Shown here in pieces: positions 56,421 through 64,000 of a stretch of 64,000 bases of DNA. Source of the stretch: Acidimicrobiia bacterium (GTDB lineage Bacteria; Actinomycetota; Acidimicrobiia; Spongiisociales; ZC4RG35); assembly GCA_035250485.1 (NCBI GenBank), contig DATFFB010000214.1, positions 8,197 through 72,196 on the forward strand. Direction: 5' to 3'. The stretch's first letter is position 1. Every line of letters begins with the position of its first letter. The position numbers were made by a program, and so were the translations under genes. The notes below the pieces were generated by a model, which saw nothing but the letters and a program-made list of their open reading frames with translations, did not search any database and had not been told where the DNA came from.

Positions 56421-57868
56421 ATGAAGGTGGGTGGGGTGGTGAGTTCCAGCCGCTGGCCGCGGCGGTACGAGGCGAGGACCCTCGTGCCGGCGACGTCAGC
56501 GGTCCGCAAAGGGTCGCGATCGATGACGATCACGTTGGAAGGTCCGCCCACCTTGAGAGACGGCCCGTAGAGCTCGTAGGCGGATCCGGCGCTGAGGCCA
56601 CCGATTCGCGCCGCCGCCATTCCTTCCCAGGGATTTGGGGTTTCTACCGGGCAGTCCGAGCCTCCCCGCAGCGGTATGCCTTCTTCTTCCATCCGACCCA
56701 GCGCATAGGTGTGTCCGACCCGGCGTCCGAGCCTCTTCTTGAGCCAGGTCACCTCCGATGTGATGAAGCTCGGCTGCACTGAGGCGGTGATGCCGAGGTG
56801 GGCCATGCGCCGGCGGGCGGTGGGGGTGAGCACGGACGCATGCTCGATGCGAAGAGCAGCTTCGTTTGCGCCTGCGACCATCAGGTCACGAAGGAGGTCG
56901 AGAACTGCGTCGTTGGCTCGATCACCAATGGCGTGGATGGCCACCGCCCCGCCGAGGTCGAGAGCCGCTCGTGCCATCTCGTCGGCGTGGGGGCGACGCA
57001 GGCGCATGATGCCCACATTGTCGGGGTCATCGCTGAAGCCTTCATGGAGAGCTGCGGTACGACCACCGAGGGCTCCGTCGGCAAACTCCTTCCACCCGTC
57101 GAACCTCAGGTTGCTGCCTGCACCCTGCAGCGCTGCGGCAGCAGAGCCCAGACTCGGAGGATCGGGTGCCGTCACTAGTACCTCGAAATCAAGAGGCACC
57201 CTGGGGGCCAGGGAGATCAGGGTGGTCAATTCCTCCGGCACCTCGCAAAAGAGCGGGTCGCCCGCCGAAACGATGGCAGTGATCGTCCCCAGCCCCAGGC
57301 TGGCCAGGCCCACGAGCGACTGTTCGACGATTTCAGGGGCCAAGGGGGACTGCCTTGAGCCGACCTCACGCAGAACGGGCGCGATCTCTTCTTCGCGCAG
57401 GATGCCGTCAGGGTGATCGCTGAGGCCGGCCAATGCCAGAGCCGCACTGTTGGCGACGGCGACGTGGACGCAGTAGCGATGGAGCAAGAGCGGCGTCGTC
57501 CCCACCATCTCGTCTAGCTCCCAGCGGTTGGGGAGACGTAGTTCGGAAAGGGCCTCGTCGTCGAGGCGGGTGGCCGTCAATGATTCGCCCGGTTGCAAAC
57601 GCGCTGCCGCCGCCTGCAGCCGCTTTCGGAGGCCATCGAAATCGGGCACATCTTTGAGGGTGAGCCGGGAGACGGCAGCGGCGTAGCCCAGGGGATGGAA
57701 GTGGTGATCGTGACGAGGTGCGCTGAGGAAGCCTTCGTGTTGGCTCACCTCGTAGGTGCCGTCGAACTCGGCGCGACGACCGATGGCCACAATCCGATCA
57801 GCGTCGATCAGGACCGAGTCGGCGTCGGGGATGCCGACGATGCCCGAGGAGGTGAGAAGACGTCTCAT
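56417..57868 (-). CDS. Amidohydrolase-family protein (amidohydrolase_3)
   Basis: Metal-dependent hydrolase motifs (…DHHFHPLG…, …AIHAIGD…, …GSDCP…). Start MRRLLTSSG at 57868 overlaps the upstream stop (ATGA). Confidence 0.85.
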   Translation of the reverse strand: MRRLLTSSGIVGIPDADSVLIDADRIVAIGRRAEFDGTYEVSQHEGFLSAPRHDHHFHPLGYAAAVSRLTLKDVPDFDGLRKRLQAAAARLQPGESLTATRLDDEALSELRLPNRWELDEMVGTTPLLLHRYCVHVAVANSAALALAGLSDHPDGILREEEIAPVLREVGSRQSPLAPEIVEQSLVGLASLGLGTITAIVSAGDPLFCEVPEELTTLISLAPRVPLDFEVLVTAPDPPSLGSAAAALQGAGSNLRFDGWKEFADGALGGRTAALHEGFSDDPDNVGIMRLRRPHADEMARAALDLGGAVAIHAIGDRANDAVLDLLRDLMVAGANEAALRIEHASVLTPTARRRMAHLGITASVQPSFITSEVTWLKKRLGRRVGHTYALGRMEEEGIPLRGGSDCPVETPNPWEGMAAARIGGLSAGSAYELYGPSLKVGGPSNVIVIDRDPLRTADVAGTRVLASYRRGQRLELTTPPTFI

Positions 57869-58659
57869 CGGATGTGTTCCGGAATGGCGAGGCCCACTGC
57901 CGCCACTAAATCGTCGTGGATGCCACCGTTGCTGGCCACGATGCCGCTGTCGTCGAGGCGGTATGGCTTGCCGCGATGATTCGTGACCGTGCCTCCAGCT
58001 TCGGTAATCATCAGTACTCCGGCGCCGGTGTCCCAGGGACTGATCCCGAACTCCCAGTATCCGTCGTATCGACCACACGCGACCCAGGCCAGATCGAGGG
58101 CCGCGCTGCCAAGCCGCCGGATTCCCTGCACCCGGGTGAGTACGTGGCCGAGATTCTCGGCATAAGCCTCTCCATGGACGTTGCGGTCATACGGAAAACC
58201 GGTAGCGATCATGGCGTGCTTGAGGACTCGCTCCTCGGAGACCTTGATCGGATCGGCCTCGATTTCCGATCCCTTCCCGTGTTGGGCGATGAACTCCTCG
58301 TGTCGGGTGACGTCCTCGATCACCCCCACAGCCGGCTGCCCGTCAACCCATAGGGCGACCGAAACCGAGACGTGGGGGATCCCGTGGATGAAGTTGACGG
58401 TCCCATCGAGGGGGTCGACGATCCAGACCCTTCCCTCTTCCCAGCCGGTGCCACCGCTCTCCTCGGCCAGGATGGCGTCGTGAGGCCGGAGCCTCCGCAA
58501 CAATCCGATGATCGCTTCCTCAGCCTGGTTATCGATGTCGGTGACGGGATTGGCGTCGCCCTTGAAACGAGTACCGACAGCCGATCCCAGGGCCGCGAAG
58601 ACGATGGCGGCCCCGGTTCGGGCGGCATCGACGGCAACCTCGAGGTCGGAGGGTCTCAC
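57865..58659 (-). CDS. Inositol monophosphatase family protein (SuhB/CysQ-like)
   Basis: IMPase motifs (…WIVDPLDGT…, …WDTGAG…), 264 aa. Confidence 0.88.
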   Translation of the reverse strand: MRPSDLEVAVDAARTGAAIVFAALGSAVGTRFKGDANPVTDIDNQAEEAIIGLLRRLRPHDAILAEESGGTGWEEGRVWIVDPLDGTVNFIHGIPHVSVSVALWVDGQPAVGVIEDVTRHEEFIAQHGKGSEIEADPIKVSEERVLKHAMIATGFPYDRNVHGEAYAENLGHVLTRVQGIRRLGSAALDLAWVACGRYDGYWEFGISPWDTGAGVLMITEAGGTVTNHRGKPYRLDDSGIVASNGGIHDDLVAAVGLAIPEHIR

Positions 58660-58693
58660 GGGATCAATCTTCGCATTTCGTACACTCCACCTC

Positions 58694-60154
58694 GTGCGGT
58701 CGGTATTGCTCTCTCTGGCCGCGGCTGGGTTGTTGGTCCTGGCGTTTCCCCCGTATGCGATTGCCTTTCTTGTCCCGGTGGCCCTGGCAATTTTTCTTTA
58801 CGCTCTGCGGCGCACTCGCCATCCCTTGCTCTGCGGGGTGATCTTTGGATGGGGATTCTTCGCTGGCCTCGTCTACTGGGTAGGAGAGCTGGGCTTTATC
58901 GCCGTCGCCCCGCTGGTGTTCGTATTCGGGCTTTATCCGGGACTCTATGGGTGGCTCGTCGCCCGGGTCCCCGATGGGCTTCCCTTCTTCGCGGCGGCGG
59001 TGGGAGGGTGGGCGCTACTCGAATTGGTTCGGGTTCGGTTCCCGGTGGGTGGCTTCGAGTGGGGCCTCACCGGCTACCCTATGGGCGAGTACCGCTGGAC
59101 CCGGGCGGCGGCGGCGTTCGTTGGCACCAGCGGTTGGGGAGTGGTGCTCGTGGCGCTGGCGGCGGGATTAGTGCTTACTTGGGAACGACGCCGAATCACA
59201 ACGCCCCTGTTCCTCGCCGGAGGGGCCACCGTAATCCTGGCGCTGTTGGGTGCGTCGGTCCCGGGGCGGGCAACCGGCGATACCGTGCGCGTGGCCATTG
59301 TTCAGGGCTCGACTCCCTGCCCCCTCGAGCACTGCTTTGGTGAGCGCGAGGCGACCTACGAGATGCATCTCGCGCAAACCCGTTCCATCGGAGAAGGGTC
59401 GGTCGATCTCGTCGTTTGGCCGGAGGGATCGACCGGTTCCTTCGATGCCGATCCGGTCTTGGTGCCCGAGGTGGCGGCGGCGATCGGGGCCGAGGCTGCT
59501 CGCATCGGGGCCACGTTCCTCGTGGGAGGCGACCGACCGATCAGCGACACGGAATGGATCAACGCCATTGTCGCCTTCGATGAGGATGGCGAGATTGTCG
59601 GCGAGTATCGCAAGCGGCATCCGGTCCCCTTTGGGGAGTACATCCCGGCTCGGCCGTTGTTCGATTGGATCCCTGCTCTGTCGCAGGTGCCGAGAGACAT
59701 GATCAGAGGTGATCGCAGCGGTGTGTTCGATCTCGCCCGCGGGCGTATCGGCACGGTTATTTCCTTCGAAGGGGCCTTTGCTCGCTATGGCCGCGCTGCG
59801 GCCCGGGCCGGAGCGGAACTCTTGGTGGTGGCCAGCAACGAAGGGAGCTATGAGTTCACGCCAGTCTCGGATCAATTCATTGGCATGACCCGGATGCGGT
59901 CTGCTGAGCTCGGCTTGGACGTCGTCCACGCCGCTGTCACTGGCAAGTCCACATTTATCAAAGGTGGCGGGGTGGTGGGTGACGCCGCCGATTTCCTTGC
60001 GGAAACCGTGATCTATGAGGACCTCGAGCTGGCTACCGGTCCGTTGACTCTGTACACCCGTTGGGGAGAGTGGGTGCAGATCGTCACCGTTTTCGCGGCC
60101 GCCCTTTACTTCTTTTGGAAGCGCCCGTTCTCCAGGCGGGAAATCCCCTCCTAA
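58694..60154 (+). CDS. lnt: Apolipoprotein N-acyltransferase
   Basis: N-terminal polytopic membrane domain plus C-terminal CN-hydrolase domain (…VVWPEGS…, catalytic Cys region). GTG start at 58694, chosen to avoid antisense overlap with the IMPase gene. Confidence 0.88.
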   Translation: MRSVLLSLAAAGLLVLAFPPYAIAFLVPVALAIFLYALRRTRHPLLCGVIFGWGFFAGLVYWVGELGFIAVAPLVFVFGLYPGLYGWLVARVPDGLPFFAAAVGGWALLELVRVRFPVGGFEWGLTGYPMGEYRWTRAAAAFVGTSGWGVVLVALAAGLVLTWERRRITTPLFLAGGATVILALLGASVPGRATGDTVRVAIVQGSTPCPLEHCFGEREATYEMHLAQTRSIGEGSVDLVVWPEGSTGSFDADPVLVPEVAAAIGAEAARIGATFLVGGDRPISDTEWINAIVAFDEDGEIVGEYRKRHPVPFGEYIPARPLFDWIPALSQVPRDMIRGDRSGVFDLARGRIGTVISFEGAFARYGRAAARAGAELLVVASNEGSYEFTPVSDQFIGMTRMRSAELGLDVVHAAVTGKSTFIKGGGVVGDAADFLAETVIYEDLELATGPLTLYTRWGEWVQIVTVFAAALYFFWKRPFSRREIPS

Positions 60155-60163
60155 CGTTGACCG

Positions 60164-61156
60164 ATGCCCAAGTTCGCCTGGCTGGCCTCCCACGAGTCGT
60201 ATCAACCAGAAGTGTTGATCGACCAGGTGATCGCCGCCGACCGCGCTGGATTCGATTGCATCACCGCCTCCGACCATTTCCATCCCTGGGTCGACGATCA
60301 ATCGGCGGCGGGCTTCGTCTGGACGTGGCTAGGAGCGGCTGCGATGCGGGCAGAGCGAATGACGTTCGTGACCTCCGTCACCTGCCCGCTCTTTCATTAC
60401 CACCCTGCCCTGGTGGCCCAGGCTGCCGCCACCGTCTCCCGACTCGCGAAGGGCGGGTTTGTCCTCGGCGTCGGTACCGGGGAAAGCATCAACGAGGGGC
60501 CCTTCGGTTACGAGTTCCCCGGATATGGGGAGCGGATTCGACGCATGAAAGAGGCTCTCGAGATCATCCAACGGCTGCTGAGGGGTGAGAAGCTCGATTA
60601 CGAAGGCACCTACTACCAGGTCCGCAAGGCCAAGCTCTACAGCCCGCCAATCGGTGGGGTCCCGGTGTGGATGGCGGCGGGCGGCGAGCAATCGGCCGCC
60701 TTTGCCGGCAGGAATTGTGTCGGGCTCATCACCTCGGTCAAGGATCCCGCCGAGACCGTGGCCAAAATCATCAAGCCCTTCCTGGCGGAGCGGACCGGCC
60801 CCAGCTCAGTGATGGCGACCCGCTGGCTGGTCCTCGCCGCCTCCAATGACGAGGCCTGGGAGGCACTGGGATCGATGAGAGGCCTGCGCGCCCCCGGTCG
60901 GTCGGAGGCGATCGATCCCATGGTTTTGCGCAAGGCCGCCGACGAGATGGACCCGAAGGAGATCCTCTCTAAATACGCCATCGTCTCCGGTCCCGAAGAG
61001 ATCATCGCCGCCTACCGACCGTTGGTAACAGAGATCGATGCCGACATCATCTCGGTCCAGGTAGCTTCGACCGATGCGCAGCGGGCAATCGACATGATCG
61101 GGTCCGATGTGCTACCCGAGCTGCGCAAGCTCGCGAGCCCCTCGAGACCGGCTTAG
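60164..61156 (+). CDS. LLM-class (luciferase-like) F420/flavin-dependent oxidoreductase
   Basis: TIM-barrel LLM signature (…FDCITASDHFHPW…, …GVGTGESINE…), 330 aa. Confidence 0.85.
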   Translation: MPKFAWLASHESYQPEVLIDQVIAADRAGFDCITASDHFHPWVDDQSAAGFVWTWLGAAAMRAERMTFVTSVTCPLFHYHPALVAQAAATVSRLAKGGFVLGVGTGESINEGPFGYEFPGYGERIRRMKEALEIIQRLLRGEKLDYEGTYYQVRKAKLYSPPIGGVPVWMAAGGEQSAAFAGRNCVGLITSVKDPAETVAKIIKPFLAERTGPSSVMATRWLVLAASNDEAWEALGSMRGLRAPGRSEAIDPMVLRKAADEMDPKEILSKYAIVSGPEEIIAAYRPLVTEIDADIISVQVASTDAQRAIDMIGSDVLPELRKLASPSRPA

Positions 61157-61185
61157 GTCCTTTCTCGGGTCGGAGAGCACTCCGC

Positions 61186-61668
61186 TCAGGTCGGCAGCGC
61201 TCCCATTTGGACCAAGATGCTCAATAGGTTTTCCAGATGCCAGGCTTCCGTAAGCTTGCCATCTTTCACCAGCCAGATGTCGATTGCTTCAAACTCGACT
61301 GGCTGTCCCGTCGGTTCCACGTTCAAGAAGTTGCCATCGTGTGTTCCTCGACCGCGGGAATGGACCGTTACGTAATCGCCGCTAACGAGCACCAGATCGG
61401 GCTCAGATGTCAGATCCGAAAATCCGCTGGCGAACTCTCGCATGGCGGTCTTGAGGCCCCCAAGGCCGGTCGGCTGGCCAGGAACCGCATCGTGATCGAC
61501 GAAGTCAGTGGCTACGAGTTCATCGTATGCGTCGAAGTTGCGAGCGTTCGTCTCCACATAGAATCGTCTGGCAAGCGCTTCTTTGGCATCCACGGGCCCC
61601 TCCTCGGATAGTGCGCGAGAAAATGTTTCATCGTGCGGGGAGGATCGATCATAAGCGGGCATCACCAA
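61186..61668 (-). CDS. SnoaL-like / ester cyclase (NTF2-fold) protein
   Basis: 160 aa with a conserved cyclase-like segment (…NARNFDAYDELVATDFVDHD…). Confidence 0.7.
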   Translation of the reverse strand: MVMPAYDRSSPHDETFSRALSEEGPVDAKEALARRFYVETNARNFDAYDELVATDFVDHDAVPGQPTGLGGLKTAMREFASGFSDLTSEPDLVLVSGDYVTVHSRGRGTHDGNFLNVEPTGQPVEFEAIDIWLVKDGKLTEAWHLENLLSILVQMGALPT

Positions 61669-62283
61669 TCAAGTCTCGGCCGAGGAGACTCCCCGCCTCC
61701 CTGAACTTGTGCCTTTGAGGTACGCGTCACCTCGCGGTGAGAGCCGGTATCCGATCTTGAGGCTGAGCGTCAATCCCATGTTCTTGAGTTTGCGAACGTC
61801 GGTCTTAAAGGGCTGAGTTTCTCGACCGAACCATTCAGCCAGATCGGGCGCTCGCCTGCCCGGATTGGCGGCGATGGCTTGGAGTACCTCTCGCGTCCAG
61901 GGACCGTGCCTCGAAGCACGGTCGAGACGGCCTAGTCGGCGGGAAATTTGAAAGATCTCCTCTGGGGTCAGCTGGTCGTTCTCGGCGAGCAAAGTCCGCG
62001 GGTCCGGTTCGTTCACAAGGTGAAACCGCACCCGGTATAGGGGAAGACCCTCGCGCTCGGGGAGATCGGAAACGAGAGAAGCGGCGTCGGCATGTCCCGC
62101 CGCCCGCGCTTGGTCATCGTCGATATCAGTGGGGTCGATCACGCCCACCTCATCGACTTCGATGATTCCCGCTGCAGTCCGGTAGCGGCGCCCGGCGATG
62201 ACCTGTTGGGTCTTCCAACGTCGAAAAGCCATCGTCACCCGGCCGTCGGCGATTGGCTGCCAGTAGCGCTTGAGAAACCTCAT
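61669..62283 (-). CDS. Hypothetical protein with N-terminal ASCH-like (PUA-fold) domain and C-terminal helical domain
   Basis: N-terminus …KRYWQPIADGRVTMAFRRWKT… resembles ASCH; the C-terminal ~90 aa could form a winged helix. 204 aa. Confidence 0.55.
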   Translation of the reverse strand: MRFLKRYWQPIADGRVTMAFRRWKTQQVIAGRRYRTAAGIIEVDEVGVIDPTDIDDDQARAAGHADAASLVSDLPEREGLPLYRVRFHLVNEPDPRTLLAENDQLTPEEIFQISRRLGRLDRASRHGPWTREVLQAIAANPGRRAPDLAEWFGRETQPFKTDVRKLKNMGLTLSLKIGYRLSPRGDAYLKGTSSGRRGVSSAET

Positions 62284-62299
62284 CTCACCTGGATAAAGG

Positions 62300-63226
62300 T
62301 CAGTCGCCGTAGAGCAGGTCAGCCATCAAATAGGCCGACTTGATTCCGAGATCGGCATAGCAGTTGTTCATCAGCACGGAGACGGTTTCGGCCCGATCGG
62401 ATAGCTCTCGCACCCGCGGCACCCACTCGGCCAGTTCCTTCTTCGAGTAGTCGTAGCGGAAGCGCTCGGCGGCGGAGATTCCCCTCTTCTCCCACGTGTC
62501 CTCATTGCGCCCATGAAACCGTATCTCGGCGATGGGGGCGGTGACGGCCGTCACCGGTGGCACCGAGCTCTTGAAACCCTGGGGCTCGTCGACGCATACA
62601 TAAGCGAGCTGGTGACGCTCCAAGAAGTCAAGGGTGTCCTGGCGGTTCGCTTCGTCGAGCCAGCGCCCATTTCGAAACTCGACTGCAATCTGAAAGTCGG
62701 CTAGGTGCTCGGCGGCCCACTTCAGATATCCGAAGCTCCCCCGGGTGGGATAGACGAAGGGCGGCATTTGGAAGAGCACGACGCCCAGCTTCCCAGCCGA
62801 ATGCAACGGCATGAGTGCCTCTCGAAAGCGCGCCACCGCATCGGCTTGGAGAGTCCTTGGCAGGTCACGCATGTAGATGTTGCGTTTTTCGGAGAGCTCC
62901 GGAGGCAGTTCCTCCCGAAAGTCCTTCCACAACGCTGAAGGGGGCGTGGGATGCTGGGTCAATAGCCGGAACGCCTTGATGTCGAATGTGAAGCCGGGTG
63001 GGGTTCTCTCCACCCATAGGCCGGCGGTCTTCTCGACGGGCGGGGCGTAGTACGTCGAATCCACCTCGACGATGGAGAAATGGTCGGCATAGAAAGAGAG
63101 CCTCTCTTCGGCGGTCATCTTCTCCCGGGGATAGAACGCATCGCTCTTGATCAGCGTCGGATCGGTCCATGAGCAGGTCCCGATGCGGATATTGTCGGAG
63201 CCCAGCGCCTCGATTGATTTCTTCAT
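62300..63226 (-). CDS. DUF72-domain protein (YecE family)
   Basis: Conserved DUF72 segments (…IGTCSWTD…, …FYAPP…), 308 aa. ATG overlaps the stop of the WYL regulator gene. Confidence 0.85.
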   Translation of the reverse strand: MKKSIEALGSDNIRIGTCSWTDPTLIKSDAFYPREKMTAEERLSFYADHFSIVEVDSTYYAPPVEKTAGLWVERTPPGFTFDIKAFRLLTQHPTPPSALWKDFREELPPELSEKRNIYMRDLPRTLQADAVARFREALMPLHSAGKLGVVLFQMPPFVYPTRGSFGYLKWAAEHLADFQIAVEFRNGRWLDEANRQDTLDFLERHQLAYVCVDEPQGFKSSVPPVTAVTAPIAEIRFHGRNEDTWEKRGISAAERFRYDYSKKELAEWVPRVRELSDRAETVSVLMNNCYADLGIKSAYLMADLLYGD

Positions 63227-64000
63227 GATGCCTCCAGCGAACGAGCCAAACGGGAGGTCAGGCCGGCGACATAGTTTCTCAGCTCCGGAGGCTCGTGAAT
63301 CACGAACTCAACACCGAGCCAGGTGATCTGGAATGCGAGCCACTCGAGCTGATCACCCTCGAGTCGTAGCAAGCAATGGCCCTCATCGATGGCCTCGACA
63401 TCGACCTCCCGTAGCTGGCTGGTGACTTCTTCCGCTGGGGCGGCGATGGTGGCCGACACCCGATAGCGAGTGGGAATCGAACGCAGCGACTCGGTGACGT
63501 AGCTGGCGGCATCTCCCCCGGGGATGGCCCGAGGCTTGAAGTCGAACTTGGTGGCATGGGGGGATTTGATGCGATCGAGCCGAAAGGTTCGCCAGTCATC
63601 GCGCTCGCGATCAAAGGCAACGAGATACCAGCGCTGGCGCAGGGAAACGAGCTGGTGCGGCTCGACGTGGCGCTCGGTGTCTTCACCCTGGCGACTGGTG
63701 TATTCGAAACGAAGCCGCTCGTGATCCCGACAGGCCTGGGCAATCGTGGTCAAGACTTCGGCATCGACTTTGACCCAGGCGCGGATCATGGGTACGACTG
63801 CCGACTGCAGCATGTTTATGCGTCGCCGAATTCGGGGAGGTAGGACGTTCTCCAACTTTGAGAGAGCCCGCAGGGACGTTTCCTCGATGCCGATGATGGT
63901 TCCCCCGGCAGCCGTCAAGAGCCCCATGGCGATGGCAACGGCTTCATCGTCGTCGAGGAGAAGGGGTGGGATGTCTCTGCCCGCTTCCAGTTGGTAGCCG
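63223..64000 (-). CDS. WYL-domain transcriptional regulator (5' end / HTH beyond window end)
   Basis: WYL domain (…YTSRQGEDTERHVEPHQLVSLRQRWYLVAFD…) and WCX-like C-terminus. The reading frame stays open to position 64000 (…YQLEAGRDIPPLLLDDDEAVAIAMGLL…), so the N-terminal HTH lies outside the window. Confidence 0.7.
   Translation of the reverse strand, partial: GYQLEAGRDIPPLLLDDDEAVAIAMGLLTAAGGTIIGIEETSLRALSKLENVLPPRIRRRINMLQSAVVPMIRAWVKVDAEVLTTIAQACRDHERLRFEYTSRQGEDTERHVEPHQLVSLRQRWYLVAFDRERDDWRTFRLDRIKSPHATKFDFKPRAIPGGDAASYVTESLRSIPTRYRVSATIAAPAEEVTSQLREVDVEAIDEGHCLLRLEGDQLEWLAFQITWLGVEFVIHEPPELRNYVAGLTSRLARSLEAS

Noticed and set aside
1-64000. CRISPR arrays, IS elements, integrases, toxin-antitoxin pairs, restriction-modification genes
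   Set aside because: No direct-repeat/spacer architecture, no transposase/integrase/recombinase-like ORFs and no recognisable TA or R-M domains were found on either strand. The only repeats are the heptamer arrays and the palindromes reported above.

Overview
This is a high-GC (about 65-70%) Actinomycetota-type chromosomal window centred on the replication origin, with no IS elements, phage genes or CRISPR array. One gene order is atypical: gyrA(partial)-gyrB (minus), recF-DUF721 (plus, apparently inverted in place), dnaN-dnaA (minus), then divergently rpmH-rnpA-yidD-yidC-jag-rsmG-parA-parB (plus). Downstream is a mycobacterial-like cwlM / trxB-trxA / ECF sigma (SigM-like)-anti-sigma / pseudokinase / GNAT block. 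Further genes: HDAC-family deacetylase, orphan pilT, cca, and an argC-argJ-argB-argD-argR-argG-argH operon lacking argF. Further on: azlCD, pepP, hemolysin-III, atuA, uppS-like, pyrE, nfo, panB, the rpsF-ssb-rpsR-rplI-dnaB cluster, dcd plus tRNA-Gly(CCC), phzF-like, thrB, an unlisted bS22-like micro-ORF, and a csoR-copZ-copA copper operon. The window ends with an M3 peptidase / amidohydrolase / IMPase operon, lnt, an LLM oxidoreductase and a WYL-regulator-led 4-gene operon. The two most unusual signals are both repeat families. (1) A dispersed family of four intergenic AT-rich elements built from tandem heptamers (RAAAGAC)n and/or (ATCAGAY)n, usually followed by a GC-rich hairpin. (2) A 12-17 bp perfect palindromic arm (TTCTTGCGTAGAAAT / ATTTCTACGCAAGAA) present at two loci, one spanning the argH stop and azlC start and one next to tRNA-Gly. 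Coordinates I derived myself may be off by 1-2 nt.
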